NCBI GenBank assembly: GCA_039794845.1 | Contig: JAUQVK010000052.1 | Coordinates: 1-39,625 of the forward strand | Reading direction: 5' to 3' | Length of the DNA stretch: 39,625 nt | From: Thermostichus sp. DRC_bins_24 | GTDB taxonomy: Bacteria; Cyanobacteriota; Cyanobacteriia; Thermostichales; Thermostichaceae | Shown: positions 20,739-29,605 of the stretch, piece after piece | Numbering within the stretch: the stretch's first letter is position 1 | How the letters are laid out: the number at the start of each line of letters is the position of its first letter | The notes under the pieces: generated by a model | What the model was told of the DNA's origin: nothing | What the model saw: only the letters and a program-made list of their open reading frames with translations | The model's database searches: none | Program-made: the position numbers and the translations under genes

Positions 20739-21099
20739 GTCGCATCAGTTTTTTGTAAAAGGCGGTGGTAAAGTCCGGGGGTTGCCCCCGCTGTACCAGG
20801 GTGACCACATCGATCAAGTGATCCACAAACTCGTAGTTGGCGATGGACAGCTGATAGGTGAGGTCGGCATCCTGGGCAAAGATCAACTGCACCACAGTTA
20901 AATCGGAGGGCAAAGGAGACATATGCCAGCTGGCCAGGAACCGAACCGGTTCCTCCCCCTCAATGGCTCGTTGTCCCTCCAGGCTAGCTTTTTTGTAAAG
21001 ACCGACGGCAAGGGCCAAATATTGTCGGCGGGCAACCGCGTAATAGGGCTGATAGACAGCAACTTCCGGTAAACTTGCGGGTTCGAGTTGAAGGGCCAT
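20728..21099 (-). CDS. ebsA: Type IV pilus/secretion factor EbsA
   Basis: LEPAS..EVAVYQPYY...LYKKASLEGQRAIEG...PLPSDLT...YEFVDHLIDV resembles cyanobacterial EbsA; overlaps the cimA start by 11 nt. Confidence 0.85.
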   Translation of the reverse strand: MALQLEPASLPEVAVYQPYYAVARRQYLALAVGLYKKASLEGQRAIEGEEPVRFLASWHMSPLPSDLTVVQLIFAQDADLTYQLSIANYEFVDHLIDVVTLVQRGQPPDFTTAFYKKLMRHED

Positions 21100-21180
21100 A
21101 GCGCGCCAAAATAAGGGAAGGTCAATACAAGCCGAAATGAAACAGAGCTGAATTAACAGGAGAACATCCGACCGGTTCCA

Positions 21181-21282
21181 GCCTATCGCGTTAGCGGGCC
21201 GGAGGCCCATCGCGTCAGCGGGCCGGAGGCCCATCGCGTCAGCGGGCCGGAGGCCCATCGCGTCAGCGGGCCGGAGGCCCAT
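21181..21282 (+). repeat. Tandem array of a 24-bp unit, about 4.25 copies
   Basis: GCCCATCGCGTCAGCGGGCCGGAG occurs three times identically plus one variant (2 changes), with no spacers. Confidence 0.95.
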
Positions 21283-21509
21283 GAGTAGGTTGCCCGATTG
21301 TCTATCTTGAGAGATCTTCAGAGCTCTTCCGTCCCTCGAAGTCATGCTCGGATGAGGGATCCCGCATGCAAGGCTAGGGGGAACCGTTGGAAAGTCAGGG
21401 AACTCTGGGAAACAATAGGAGAGGAGTACAGGGGGATCCCGGCTCGTAACCGGCTATTCTCCTGAACGCCCTTCCCCAGTCATCCAGACCCAAGCAATCT
21501 CTGGCCTCA

Positions 21510-22385
21510 ATGAACATGACGCAAGACCCGACTGCCCCTTCCCTTACCCCAACCCCGCCGTTGGAGTGGGATCCCGTCTTGCAGCAGAAGTTTCGGCAGC
21601 TACAGCAGATCTTTGCCGAGATGGAGCAGGTGCTGGTGGCTTATTCCGGCGGCATCGACAGCACCTTGGTGGCCAAGTTGGCCTGGGATCAGTTGGGGGA
21701 TCGGGCCTTGGCGGTGACAGCGGCTTCCCCCTCACTGCTGCCGGAAGATCTGGAGGAAGCCATCGAGCAAGCCCAACAAATGGGGATCCGCCATGAAATT
21801 GTGGAAACCCATGAGCTGGAGGATCCCAACTACGCTGCCAACCCCATCAACCGCTGTTATTTCTGCAAAAGTCATCTCCACGATACCCTCCGTCCCCTGG
21901 CCCAAACCCTGGGATATGACTGCGTGGTGGATGGCCTCAATGCCGATGATCTGTCGGATTATCGACCGGGGATGCAGGCGGCCCTGGAGCGCGGAGTGCG
22001 TTCGCCCCTAGCAGAGGTGGGAATCAGCAAGCTGGAGGTGCGGCAATTGTCTCGCCATTTGGGGTTGCCCTGGTGGGATAAACCGGCTCAGCCCTGCCTC
22101 AGTTCCCGGTTTCCCTACGGAGAGGGGATCACCGCCGAGAAGTTGCGCCGGGTGGGGGCGGCAGAACGCTATTTGCGCCATTTGGGTTGGCGGCAGGTGC
22201 GGGTGCGCTCGGAGAAAGATACGGCTCGCATCGAGTTGCCCCCCCATCAAATCTTGGAATTTGTGCAGAAAACCGACCTAAAAGCTTTGGTGAAAGCCTT
22301 TCAAGCGGCGGGCTATCTCTACGTCAGCCTGGATTTAGAGGGCTACCAAAGCGGCAAGCTTAATCGCGTGCTCACCTCTTCTTAG
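21510..22385 (+). CDS. larE: LarE-family ATP-dependent sulfur transferase (TIGR00268-like)
   Basis: AYSGGIDS PP-loop, NRCYFCK, DYRPG, PCLSSRFPYG and DLEGYQSG motifs. Confidence 0.92.
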   Translation: MNMTQDPTAPSLTPTPPLEWDPVLQQKFRQLQQIFAEMEQVLVAYSGGIDSTLVAKLAWDQLGDRALAVTAASPSLLPEDLEEAIEQAQQMGIRHEIVETHELEDPNYAANPINRCYFCKSHLHDTLRPLAQTLGYDCVVDGLNADDLSDYRPGMQAALERGVRSPLAEVGISKLEVRQLSRHLGLPWWDKPAQPCLSSRFPYGEGITAEKLRRVGAAERYLRHLGWRQVRVRSEKDTARIELPPHQILEFVQKTDLKALVKAFQAAGYLYVSLDLEGYQSGKLNRVLTSS

Positions 22386-22445
22386 CCCACAGCGGCTGGA
22401 GGCCACAGGAAAGGGCGGATTTTTTGCTTGGGGTGATAAGGGGGT

Positions 22446-24323
22446 ATGAAAGGTTCTCTGCTGCTATGGCTCTGTCTGGGGATGCTGGGGTTATCAACCG
22501 CCGCCATCGAGGCCATAGCCCAGAAGGAGGGTGGGATCCCTCGGCCAGCGGCTCCGGCTCCTTCCGCAGACTCCCCAGATCCCTTTGATGCAGACGCCCT
22601 CAATGCCCTCTCTGCCCGCACTTTGCAACTGCGCTCTGACCGACAAACCTTTGACCAACGGGCGGAAGTTTTTGAGGCAGAAGGCAATGTGGAAATGCGC
22701 CTGGGTCGCTCGATTCTGCGGGCAGATCGGATGCGGATCGAGCTGCGGCAACGACGGGCAGTCGCCGAAGGGAATGTTTCCATTCAGCTGGATCAACAGC
22801 GTATTCAGGGATCCCGGCTGGAATACGACTTTGCCCAAGAGCAGGGATCCCTGGACAATGCCTTTGGAGAAGTGGATATTCGCGCCCTGGATGCATCTGG
22901 ATCCCAAGCACGGGGGGCTGCAGCCCTTGGCCCGGAACGGTTGATTCGCTTTCGCGCCGATCGGATTCGTTTTGATGCCAACAACTGGGAAGGAGAAAAT
23001 GTTCGCCTGACCAACGATCCTCTGGACCCACCGGAATTGGAAATCCGCAGCCCCCGTGTGACCTCCAATTTGCAAGCGGATGGCTCTAGCCTACTGATCG
23101 CCGAGTCGGGGCAACTGGCCTTCGACCAAGTCTTTTTTCTACCCCTGCCCATCCGGCTGCGCTTTGATCAATTCAGTCGTCAACCACCGGTTAGCCTGTT
23201 TTACGATGACTTCGACATCGCAGAATTGCGCCGTGGCTTAATCCTGCAGCCCAACTTTGAGCTGCTGCGGGATCCCAATGTTAGCTTGGTGTTCTCGCCC
23301 CAACTCTATCCGCAACGCCTTTGGGGTAGCGACCAAGGGGTGTTGGACGGAATCGGGCTACGCACCGACTTTCGCTGGCTACAACCGGAGCTGAACGCTC
23401 AAACTTCTCTGTTTGTGGAACTGCGGGGGATTGTATTTGAGGAGTTTGCCAGGCGCTTGCGGGCCCAAGCGGAGCATCGCATCACCACCGGCGATGGCGG
23501 GCAAGTCACCTACACCTACGCCTATCGGGAACGGTACTTCAGTGGACGCTTGGGGTTCCAAATTGTGGAAAATCGTCTCGGCCTTAGCTACAGTTCACCA
23601 ACCATTCGCCTGGGCAATACGGGGTTGGATCTCAGCTATCGCCTGTCCACCGATTATATTGATGCCCTGGGGCAGCCGGATGAAATCGACACCGATCCTG
23701 ATTTGGCGCTGGAAAATGCCACCGAGCGCATCCAACTGACGCGGCTGCAACTGGGGGCGACGCTGAATCGTTCCTTTCCCCTGTGGAGCCCCCCCTCCCC
23801 TGCCCCAGCTCCCCCGCCCCGCTTCTCTGCGCTGCCGATCGAGCAGGGGGTGTGGCTCAACACCGGCGTCAGCAGCAGCCAATCTTTTTACTCGAATGGC
23901 CGCACCCAGAGCTATACCTCCGGTAGTGTCGGCATCGATGCAGTGATTGGGGCATTTGTAGCCGATACCTTCGACTACACCAACCTAAGCGTCACCTACT
24001 CCAATGGTTTCTTGGCCGGGGCCTCGCCTTTTCTGTTCGACCGCATCACCACACGGGAGCAGTTGGTTTTGGGCTTTTTACAACAACTGTACGGGCCGGT
24101 GCGGGTGGGGGCTGAAACCACGGTGGATTTGCAGTCGGGGCAACAGGTGGATACCACCTATCGCCTGGGCTACGACCGCCGTACCTACGGCTTTAGCTTG
24201 CAATACAACCCGGTGCGTCAGTCGGGAGCGTTGGAGCTGCGGGTGGAAGGCTTGAACTGGGATCCCGGCGAGTCTACCCCAGGGGAAAGGCCCACAACCG
24301 GATCGGGTATGAACGAGCCTTGA
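22446..24323 (+). CDS. LptD-like outer-membrane protein (OstA N-domain plus DUF3769-like barrel)
   Basis: Signal peptide; AEGNV repeats; TNDPLDPPELE, SPFLFDR, QQLYGPVR and YDRRTYG...YNP motifs. Confidence 0.8.
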   Translation: MKGSLLLWLCLGMLGLSTAAIEAIAQKEGGIPRPAAPAPSADSPDPFDADALNALSARTLQLRSDRQTFDQRAEVFEAEGNVEMRLGRSILRADRMRIELRQRRAVAEGNVSIQLDQQRIQGSRLEYDFAQEQGSLDNAFGEVDIRALDASGSQARGAAALGPERLIRFRADRIRFDANNWEGENVRLTNDPLDPPELEIRSPRVTSNLQADGSSLLIAESGQLAFDQVFFLPLPIRLRFDQFSRQPPVSLFYDDFDIAELRRGLILQPNFELLRDPNVSLVFSPQLYPQRLWGSDQGVLDGIGLRTDFRWLQPELNAQTSLFVELRGIVFEEFARRLRAQAEHRITTGDGGQVTYTYAYRERYFSGRLGFQIVENRLGLSYSSPTIRLGNTGLDLSYRLSTDYIDALGQPDEIDTDPDLALENATERIQLTRLQLGATLNRSFPLWSPPSPAPAPPPRFSALPIEQGVWLNTGVSSSQSFYSNGRTQSYTSGSVGIDAVIGAFVADTFDYTNLSVTYSNGFLAGASPFLFDRITTREQLVLGFLQQLYGPVRVGAETTVDLQSGQQVDTTYRLGYDRRTYGFSLQYNPVRQSGALELRVEGLNWDPGESTPGERPTTGSGMNEP

Positions 24324-24353
24324 TCCCAACAGCCAAAAGGGAAACAGAAAAAG

Positions 24354-24369
24354 TGTGATCTTGCTCACT
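24354..24369. promoter_or_regulatory. Probable CRP box upstream of the DUF1830 gene
   Basis: TGTGA-tcttgc-TCACT (9/10 consensus) in an AT-rich intergenic region. Confidence 0.5.
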
Positions 24370-24608
24370 ATTTTTTGGAAATTTTCTATGGCAAATTGCG
24401 CCCATTCAATGAGGGATCCCAATATAAATCCGCCATCGATCGGAAGACAGTTGCGGAAATCGATAAAACGGTCAAGTAAACTACAAAAATCATTTTTCTG
24501 GAATTGATTTCTGCCAATTGGGATCGCCGTATCGCAGACTACCACAACGATCCCCGGCCGATGTTAGGGTAGATGGTAGGCTGAGCAAGGTGGGCTGGTG
24601 ACCCGATT

Positions 24609-24890
24609 ATGCAAACACTCGATGCGATCCCCGATAAAAAACGGTCGGAGCGAATAACCTGTAGCTATATCAACGCAACTAGCTCGATTCAAGTGGCTCG
24701 CATCACCAATATTGACAATTGGTATTTCGAGCGGGTGGTTTTTCCAGGGCAGCGACTGATCTTTGAAGCAGTGCCCGAAGCCAAGCTGGAAATCCATACG
24801 GGCATGATGGCCAGCTCCATTCTGGCCGATACAATCCCCTGTGAAAAGCTGCGCGTCCGAGAAACCGAACCTGTGACGGTAGTGGCCTGA
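24609..24890 (+). CDS. DUF1830 family protein
   Basis: CSYINATSSIQVARITNIDNWYFERVVFPGQRLIFEA...LEIH...DTIPC..L signature. Confidence 0.9.
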   Translation: MQTLDAIPDKKRSERITCSYINATSSIQVARITNIDNWYFERVVFPGQRLIFEAVPEAKLEIHTGMMASSILADTIPCEKLRVRETEPVTVVA

Positions 24891-24929
24891 ATCTTCTGGC
24901 CTGGATTTTCGCGGTGCGGGATAGCCCCC

Positions 24930-25070
24930 GGGGGTATCCCACTTTTGTAACCCTCACCCTAAATCCCTCTCCCAAAGCGGGAGAGGGGCTTCCAAGCCGA
25001 CTCCCCCTATTCCCTTTTTGGGAGAGGGGGCTGGGGGATGAGGGCAAACTTGCATAGCTGGGATGCGCCC
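24930..25070. mobile_element. MITE with imperfect 21-bp TIRs enclosing two REP-like hairpins
   Basis: Left end GGGGGTATCCCACTTTTGTAA versus right-end reverse complement GGGCGCATCCCAGCTATGCAA. Internal CCCTCACCC..CCCTCTCCC/GGGAGAGGG..GGGGATGAGGG. The right end sits in CTAG. Confidence 0.7.
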
Positions 25071-25486
25071 TAGCCCCCACGGTCTGGCTCCTCTCCCGTC
25101 CCGTCTCTTTCTTCGTCGGGGGAAGGCCGGGGAGAGGGGCTGGCTGAGCGGGGTGGCGGTGACGGCAGCGAAATGGCCAAGAAGCGGGCGCTCAGCCTCA
25201 CCGGGCTGGTTTCCAGTCGTTGGGGTGGCCAAGGGAACCGTAGCCAGCGGGCCGTAACCTCCAGCAGGCTAGGGGGTGGAGTCGGGGTAGGTGTTGGTAG
25301 TGGCGTTGGGGTGGGATAGAGATCCGTTCGCGGGGGGCGCGGGGTACTGACTCGGAAGGCATCAGGAGGAGGTTGGGTGAGGGGGACATTGGGATCTCCG
25401 CATCCCAGTAAACCTAGGCCGCCTGCAAGCAATAGGCTCCACAGCTTCTTTGCGCCTCCGCTTCCCATGAACATCCTGTCGAACAT
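25070..25486 (-). CDS. Pro-rich putative lipoprotein (start possibly 25468)
   Basis: KK, a hydrophobic core and the lipobox LLGC, followed by a PT-repeat linker. Confidence 0.65.
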   Translation of the reverse strand: MFDRMFMGSGGAKKLWSLLLAGGLGLLGCGDPNVPLTQPPPDAFRVSTPRPPRTDLYPTPTPLPTPTPTPPPSLLEVTARWLRFPWPPQRLETSPVRLSARFLAISLPSPPPRSASPSPRPSPDEERDGTGEEPDRGG

Positions 25487-25498
25487 CCCTAAAGGGTA

Positions 25499-26224
25499 TC
25501 ATCGGGATCCCAGAGCTCTGATCTGGGCTTGCAGTTCTTCCTCCAAATTGGATAGCTCGCGGGCCATGATCACGTATCGATTGGTGGTCATATTCTTGGC
25601 AGTAAATTGATTCAGCAGCATCTGGTCGCGGGCCACCAAGTGTTTGAAGTGTTGATCAACTGGGGTGTGGGGGTTCTCGATCAGGCGGCTGCAAATTTGC
25701 AAGGCAACCACCAGCTGAGCCCGCACCTGGAGAAACACCGACTGGATGTAGTTTCGTTCAGCCTCGCTCAGTTGTCGAAAATCTCGCCAATACTGCCCCC
25801 CCTGCACCGACTGCTTGAGCTCCTCCACCCAATGGTTGTAATCTTTCACCTTGCAGGCCAGATCGGTGGCGAATTTCATAATCTCAGGCTCGCTATGGAG
25901 AAGATGTGCTTCCTGCCAGCGCTGACGGATGCGGCGCAGATCACGCTCCAACTGCAGATTGGCTCGCAGGATCACCAGCAAGACAATCAATAGGATCCCG
26001 GCAGCCGCGGTGTAGAGCAACCAATGGCTGGGATCCCGAATCACCAAGAACACCGTCAGGGCCATCGCCAACAGACAGAAGACCAGCGCCCCCCAAAACC
26101 GTAACCGTTGTTGTTCCAAACGCAGGTACTCCCCCCGCAGATCAAAGGCCTCACAGCAGGCCTCCAGATCGGCAGCCATGATCTGGCGGAACTCGTTCAC
26201 AGAGATCTGTTCAACACCAATCAT
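25499..26224 (-). CDS. Hypothetical protein with 2 TM helices and a coiled-coil
   Basis: Two hydrophobic segments and a helical C-terminus; co-oriented with its neighbours. Confidence 0.75.
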   Translation of the reverse strand: MIGVEQISVNEFRQIMAADLEACCEAFDLRGEYLRLEQQRLRFWGALVFCLLAMALTVFLVIRDPSHWLLYTAAAGILLIVLLVILRANLQLERDLRRIRQRWQEAHLLHSEPEIMKFATDLACKVKDYNHWVEELKQSVQGGQYWRDFRQLSEAERNYIQSVFLQVRAQLVVALQICSRLIENPHTPVDQHFKHLVARDQMLLNQFTAKNMTTNRYVIMARELSNLEEELQAQIRALGSR

Positions 26225-26267
26225 CGAGGACACCCCCAGACGCACGTGGAATCGAGGCGGAGCTGCA

Positions 26268-26816
26268 TTAAGGCTTGCCTTGCCAATTTTGAGCGGATTC
26301 TGTGCTCTTCTCCAGGGGCTCAAGCGCCTCATGGGCAGGAACCACCATCAAGCCGTACCCTCCCCCGCGACAAAAATCCACGATCTCTTCTGTATCAAAA
26401 CGCTCCGGTACCGGCTTGGGCAATCCTTGCTGGGCCAGCCTTTGGGCATATTTTCGGGCCCCAAACGAGCTTTCAAATGCAAGGACGATATCCTGACCCC
26501 CGACTTGGCGGGTACAGATCCCTTCCTGACCGTTTACCTGGTAGAGCAGCACGATTACATGAGGGGGAAGATCTTCGGGACTGATCCAAGGCAAAACATT
26601 TTCCCCTTGGGCTCCCTGAGGGGCGCCGAGCAACACATCCCGAGCCTCATTCAGCCGCGCCAGTTGCACCTCAAACAAGGGCCTTTGGCGCTCATCTTCC
26701 AATTCTGCCAAGGCGGTGCTGAGGGTTTGATATTCCTGAAACAATCGCCCCCGGATCTCCCGTTCGCTTGCGCCCGGGGAAAGCTTAAGAATTTCGAGAG
26801 CTTCTGCAGTATTCAT
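26268..26816 (-). CDS. J-domain-like N-terminus fused to DUF3110
   Basis: EALEILKLSPGASEREI...LNEARDVL (no HPD) plus VLLY...EGI...IVLAFES...A.KYA..L...EEIVDFC. Confidence 0.75.
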   Translation of the reverse strand: MNTAEALEILKLSPGASEREIRGRLFQEYQTLSTALAELEDERQRPLFEVQLARLNEARDVLLGAPQGAQGENVLPWISPEDLPPHVIVLLYQVNGQEGICTRQVGGQDIVLAFESSFGARKYAQRLAQQGLPKPVPERFDTEEIVDFCRGGGYGLMVVPAHEALEPLEKSTESAQNWQGKP

Positions 26817-26914
26817 GAGTAGGCTCTGATCTCGATCCAAATAACCATTCAGAATCATTGCCTAGACTAACCGTTCTCAGAACTCCAAGGGAGAAATGCT
26901 CAGGTGAATCTGCT

Positions 26915-27068
26915 TACAGCCCTTTACGCCTAGGGCACGCTGGCGCGTTCGCCCATGGCGGCCCATAGGGCACCGCTAGTCATATGTAACAACCGTGGAA
27001 GTTGAGCTCTACCCCCTAAGGCTAAAGCAGCACAAGCCCTGCCGTAGAAAACCCGCGTAAGGGCTGTA
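26915..27068. mobile_element. 154-bp MITE-like element, the most complete copy of the family
   Basis: Perfect 10-bp TIR TACAGCCCTT/AAGGGCTGTA (extends to TACAGCCCTT(T)ACGC); TA at both ends; non-coding. Confidence 0.75.
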
Positions 27069-27104
27069 TTCTATGGTTACTCCAAATAAGAACGATACAC
27101 CTTC

Positions 27105-27145
27105 GACTCCCCTCTTCCGCTCTAGGAGAAGAGCTGAGGGTGAGA
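27105..27145 (+). repeat. Degenerate REP-like hairpin
   Basis: actcccctcttccgctctaggagaagagctgagggtgagaa resembles 19021-19059. Confidence 0.55.
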
Positions 27146-27235
27146 ACAGATGTTGCGAACTCAACTCAAAGAACTACAATCGAGGAGCTATAACTGTCCG
27201 TAAGCAACAAAGAGAGCACCGACAGAGAAACCGGC

Positions 27236-27463
27236 TCACCGGGTTCGCTGATGACCGGTTCCGCCAAGGGGTGGTTCGGTACGGGGATCCACTCTAGGTT
27301 GTCCAGATGAAGAAGGCAGGGGGAAGCCCAACTCATGTGCCTCCCGTGCCAGCAAAGCCAACAGCGACGGATCCGACTGGGCGTGTTCCACCCGTTTTTT
27401 GAGGCGGTTCCACAGGTTTGCCCTATGGACACGTTCCCACTCTTCCTCCTGCTCACGTGTCAT
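27236..27463 (-). CDS. pirA: Probable PirA-like small protein (PII-interacting regulator of arginine synthesis)
   Basis: VHRANLWNRLKKRVEHAQSDPSLLALLAREAHEL resembles the PirA pattern as recalled (HRxxLxxxLxxRxExA...LLxxLxxE); strong GGAGGT RBS; NtcA-like box upstream. Confidence 0.6.
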   Translation of the reverse strand: MTREQEEEWERVHRANLWNRLKKRVEHAQSDPSLLALLAREAHELGFPLPSSSGQPRVDPRTEPPLGGTGHQRTR

Positions 27464-27481
27464 GTTACCTCCACCTATCCT

Positions 27482-27495
27482 GTATCAATCTTAAC
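27482..27495 (-). promoter_or_regulatory. NtcA-like box overlapping a -10 element
   Basis: Minus strand GTTaagattgaTAC (5/6 consensus) contains TAAGAT and ends 18 nt upstream of the ATG at 27463. Confidence 0.5.
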
Positions 27496-27580
27496 TAGGA
27501 GCACGGGATCCGCCGTCAGGAAGTGTTGATGGACTTCAAGGGGTACAGCGGATACAGCAGCGCGAGTGTAGAAGCAAGAT

Positions 27581-29428
27581 TTAGCCGCGGATGCCGGTTT
27601 GCACCCTCCAGAGGGCAGCATAGAGGCCATTTTTGGCCAGCAATGTATCGTGATCTCCAGATTCAGCAATTCGCCCTTGTTCCATTACATAAATTTGATC
27701 CGCCTCCCGAATCGTGGAGAGGCGATGGGCAATGGCAATGGTGGTGCGGTTGCGGGTGATTTTTTCCAAAGAGCGTTGAATGGCCGCTTCCGTTTCGTTG
27801 TCCACAGCACTGGTGGCCTCATCCAAAATCAAGATCGGCGGATCTTTAAGAATGGCGCGGGCAATAGCGAGGCGTTGCCGTTGGCCTCCTGAGAGCTTCT
27901 GCCCCCGCTCTCCCACAATCGTGTCATACCCTCTGGGCAAGGACTCGATAAACTCGTGGGCTTCCGCCAGTTGGGCAGCTCGTACGATCTGCTCGGAGGT
28001 AGACTCAGGGCTGCCATAGGCGATGTTTTCAGCTACAGTTCCGTGAAACAAAAACACATCTTGACTGACCCAACCGATGGCCCGGCGCAGATCCCGCAGC
28101 TGCAGCTGGCGAATATCAACGCCATCCAGAGTAATGACCCCGGAACGAATTTCGTAGAGACGCAACAGCAGCTTCACCAGCGTGCTTTTTCCTGAACCGG
28201 TGGCACCGACGATGGCGATGGTTTGTCCCGCCGGGATCCGCAACTGCAATCGCTCGATAATCGGTTGGCGATTGGGATAGGCAAAGGTAACATCCTGTAG
28301 GACGATTTCTCCTCGTACTTTCTCCTTAACCAAGGGAAGGGTGCCAGATTGAATTTGAATCGGGGTGTCCAACAAATCCAAAACCCGATGGGTGGAGGCC
28401 ATGGCCCGTTGATATTGATCCATGGTTTCCCCTAGGCGGGTGAGGGGCCAAAGCAGCCGTTGGATCAAAAACACCATCATGCTGTAGACTCCCACCGACA
28501 TCAGGCCATCCGCGGTTTGAAAGCCTCCAAACAGCAAGGTCGCCGCAAATCCCAACAAGATCACATTGCGAATCAGGGGAATAAAGGCAGCACTGAGGGC
28601 AATGGCCCGAAAATTGCTCTGGCGATAGGCTTCGCTATCGGCCCGCAGGCGCTCCATCTCATAGTCTTCGGTAACAAAGCTCTTGATCGTGGTCATGCCC
28701 CCCAGATTGTTGGCCAAACGACCACTGAGGAGGCTCACCTTGCCCCGCACCTCGGCATAGCGGGGGGCCAGATAACGCTGAAAAATCAGGGATCCCCCAA
28801 CCACAAAGGGCATGGGCAAAACGGCTGTCCAGGCAATGCCCGGTGCCAACAGCACAAAAGCAATCGAAATGATGACAATGGTGGCGGCGACATGGATGAG
28901 CTCATTGGCCCCAATATCCAAAAACCGCTCCAACTGGTTGATGTCATCGTTCAAGATGGCCATCAGACCGCCGGTGCTGCGTTCCTCGAAGTAGGCGGTC
29001 TCCAGCTCTTGCACATGGCGATAGGCATCCAGCCGCAGGTCATGTTCGATGTTTTGGGCCAAATTCCGCCACAGCCGCGCATAGGCATATTCAAAGGCCG
29101 ATTCCAACCACCAGATCAAAAAACTGAGGCCGGTCAAGATCAGAAACTGTGTGCGCAGATCCCCCAGATCCCCCATCGTGAACCAGTTGATTAGGGGACT
29201 TTCCCGTTGGGCCACGATGTCGATGGCAGCCCCAATGATGAAGGGGGGGGCCAAGTCGAAGAACTGGTTCAAGACCGAGCAAAGGGTGGCCAGCCCCATT
29301 TGTCGGTGGTAGGCCCGTCCGTAGCTGAGCAGACGCCAAAGGGGGTGAGGCTTACGAGCCGGGGGCGGGGATCCCTTCTGGGCTGCCGTGGCGGTGGCTA
29401 CTGAAGACAGGCGAATGGTGTCGGTCAT
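27581..29428 (-). CDS. ABC exporter, fused permease/ATPase (MdlB/MsbA-like)
   Basis: TM domain, GATGSGKST, LSGGQRQR, ILDEATS and IAHRLST motifs. Confidence 0.95.
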   Translation of the reverse strand: MTDTIRLSSVATATAAQKGSPPPARKPHPLWRLLSYGRAYHRQMGLATLCSVLNQFFDLAPPFIIGAAIDIVAQRESPLINWFTMGDLGDLRTQFLILTGLSFLIWWLESAFEYAYARLWRNLAQNIEHDLRLDAYRHVQELETAYFEERSTGGLMAILNDDINQLERFLDIGANELIHVAATIVIISIAFVLLAPGIAWTAVLPMPFVVGGSLIFQRYLAPRYAEVRGKVSLLSGRLANNLGGMTTIKSFVTEDYEMERLRADSEAYRQSNFRAIALSAAFIPLIRNVILLGFAATLLFGGFQTADGLMSVGVYSMMVFLIQRLLWPLTRLGETMDQYQRAMASTHRVLDLLDTPIQIQSGTLPLVKEKVRGEIVLQDVTFAYPNRQPIIERLQLRIPAGQTIAIVGATGSGKSTLVKLLLRLYEIRSGVITLDGVDIRQLQLRDLRRAIGWVSQDVFLFHGTVAENIAYGSPESTSEQIVRAAQLAEAHEFIESLPRGYDTIVGERGQKLSGGQRQRLAIARAILKDPPILILDEATSAVDNETEAAIQRSLEKITRNRTTIAIAHRLSTIREADQIYVMEQGRIAESGDHDTLLAKNGLYAALWRVQTGIRG

Positions 29429-29605
29429 AACCAGGGGAAAGGATTTGAAATCTGAGCGAAAGTTTAAGTTAGCCTAGCAGACTCTTTTGGGTCTGTGTTG
29501 TTCAGGCGCGTGATGTTTGAGTTCAAGGGGTTTACAGCTGCGGATCCCTGTATGTGGGAGACGGGAGAGAATAGAGACAGGCCAAACCCGATCTGATGGA
29601 CGCCG

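Noticed and set aside
21181..21282. Possible CRISPR array
   Set aside because: The units are contiguous with no unique spacers, and there are no cas genes.
21100..21345. N-terminal extension of EbsA with MGLRPADA repeats
   Set aside because: EbsA similarity starts at the ATG at 21099; the 24-bp repeat merely keeps the frame open.
24703..25257. Several short ORFs over the MITE
   Set aside because: Their Pro/Gly-rich translations derive from the repeat hairpins or from alternative frames of the lipoprotein gene.
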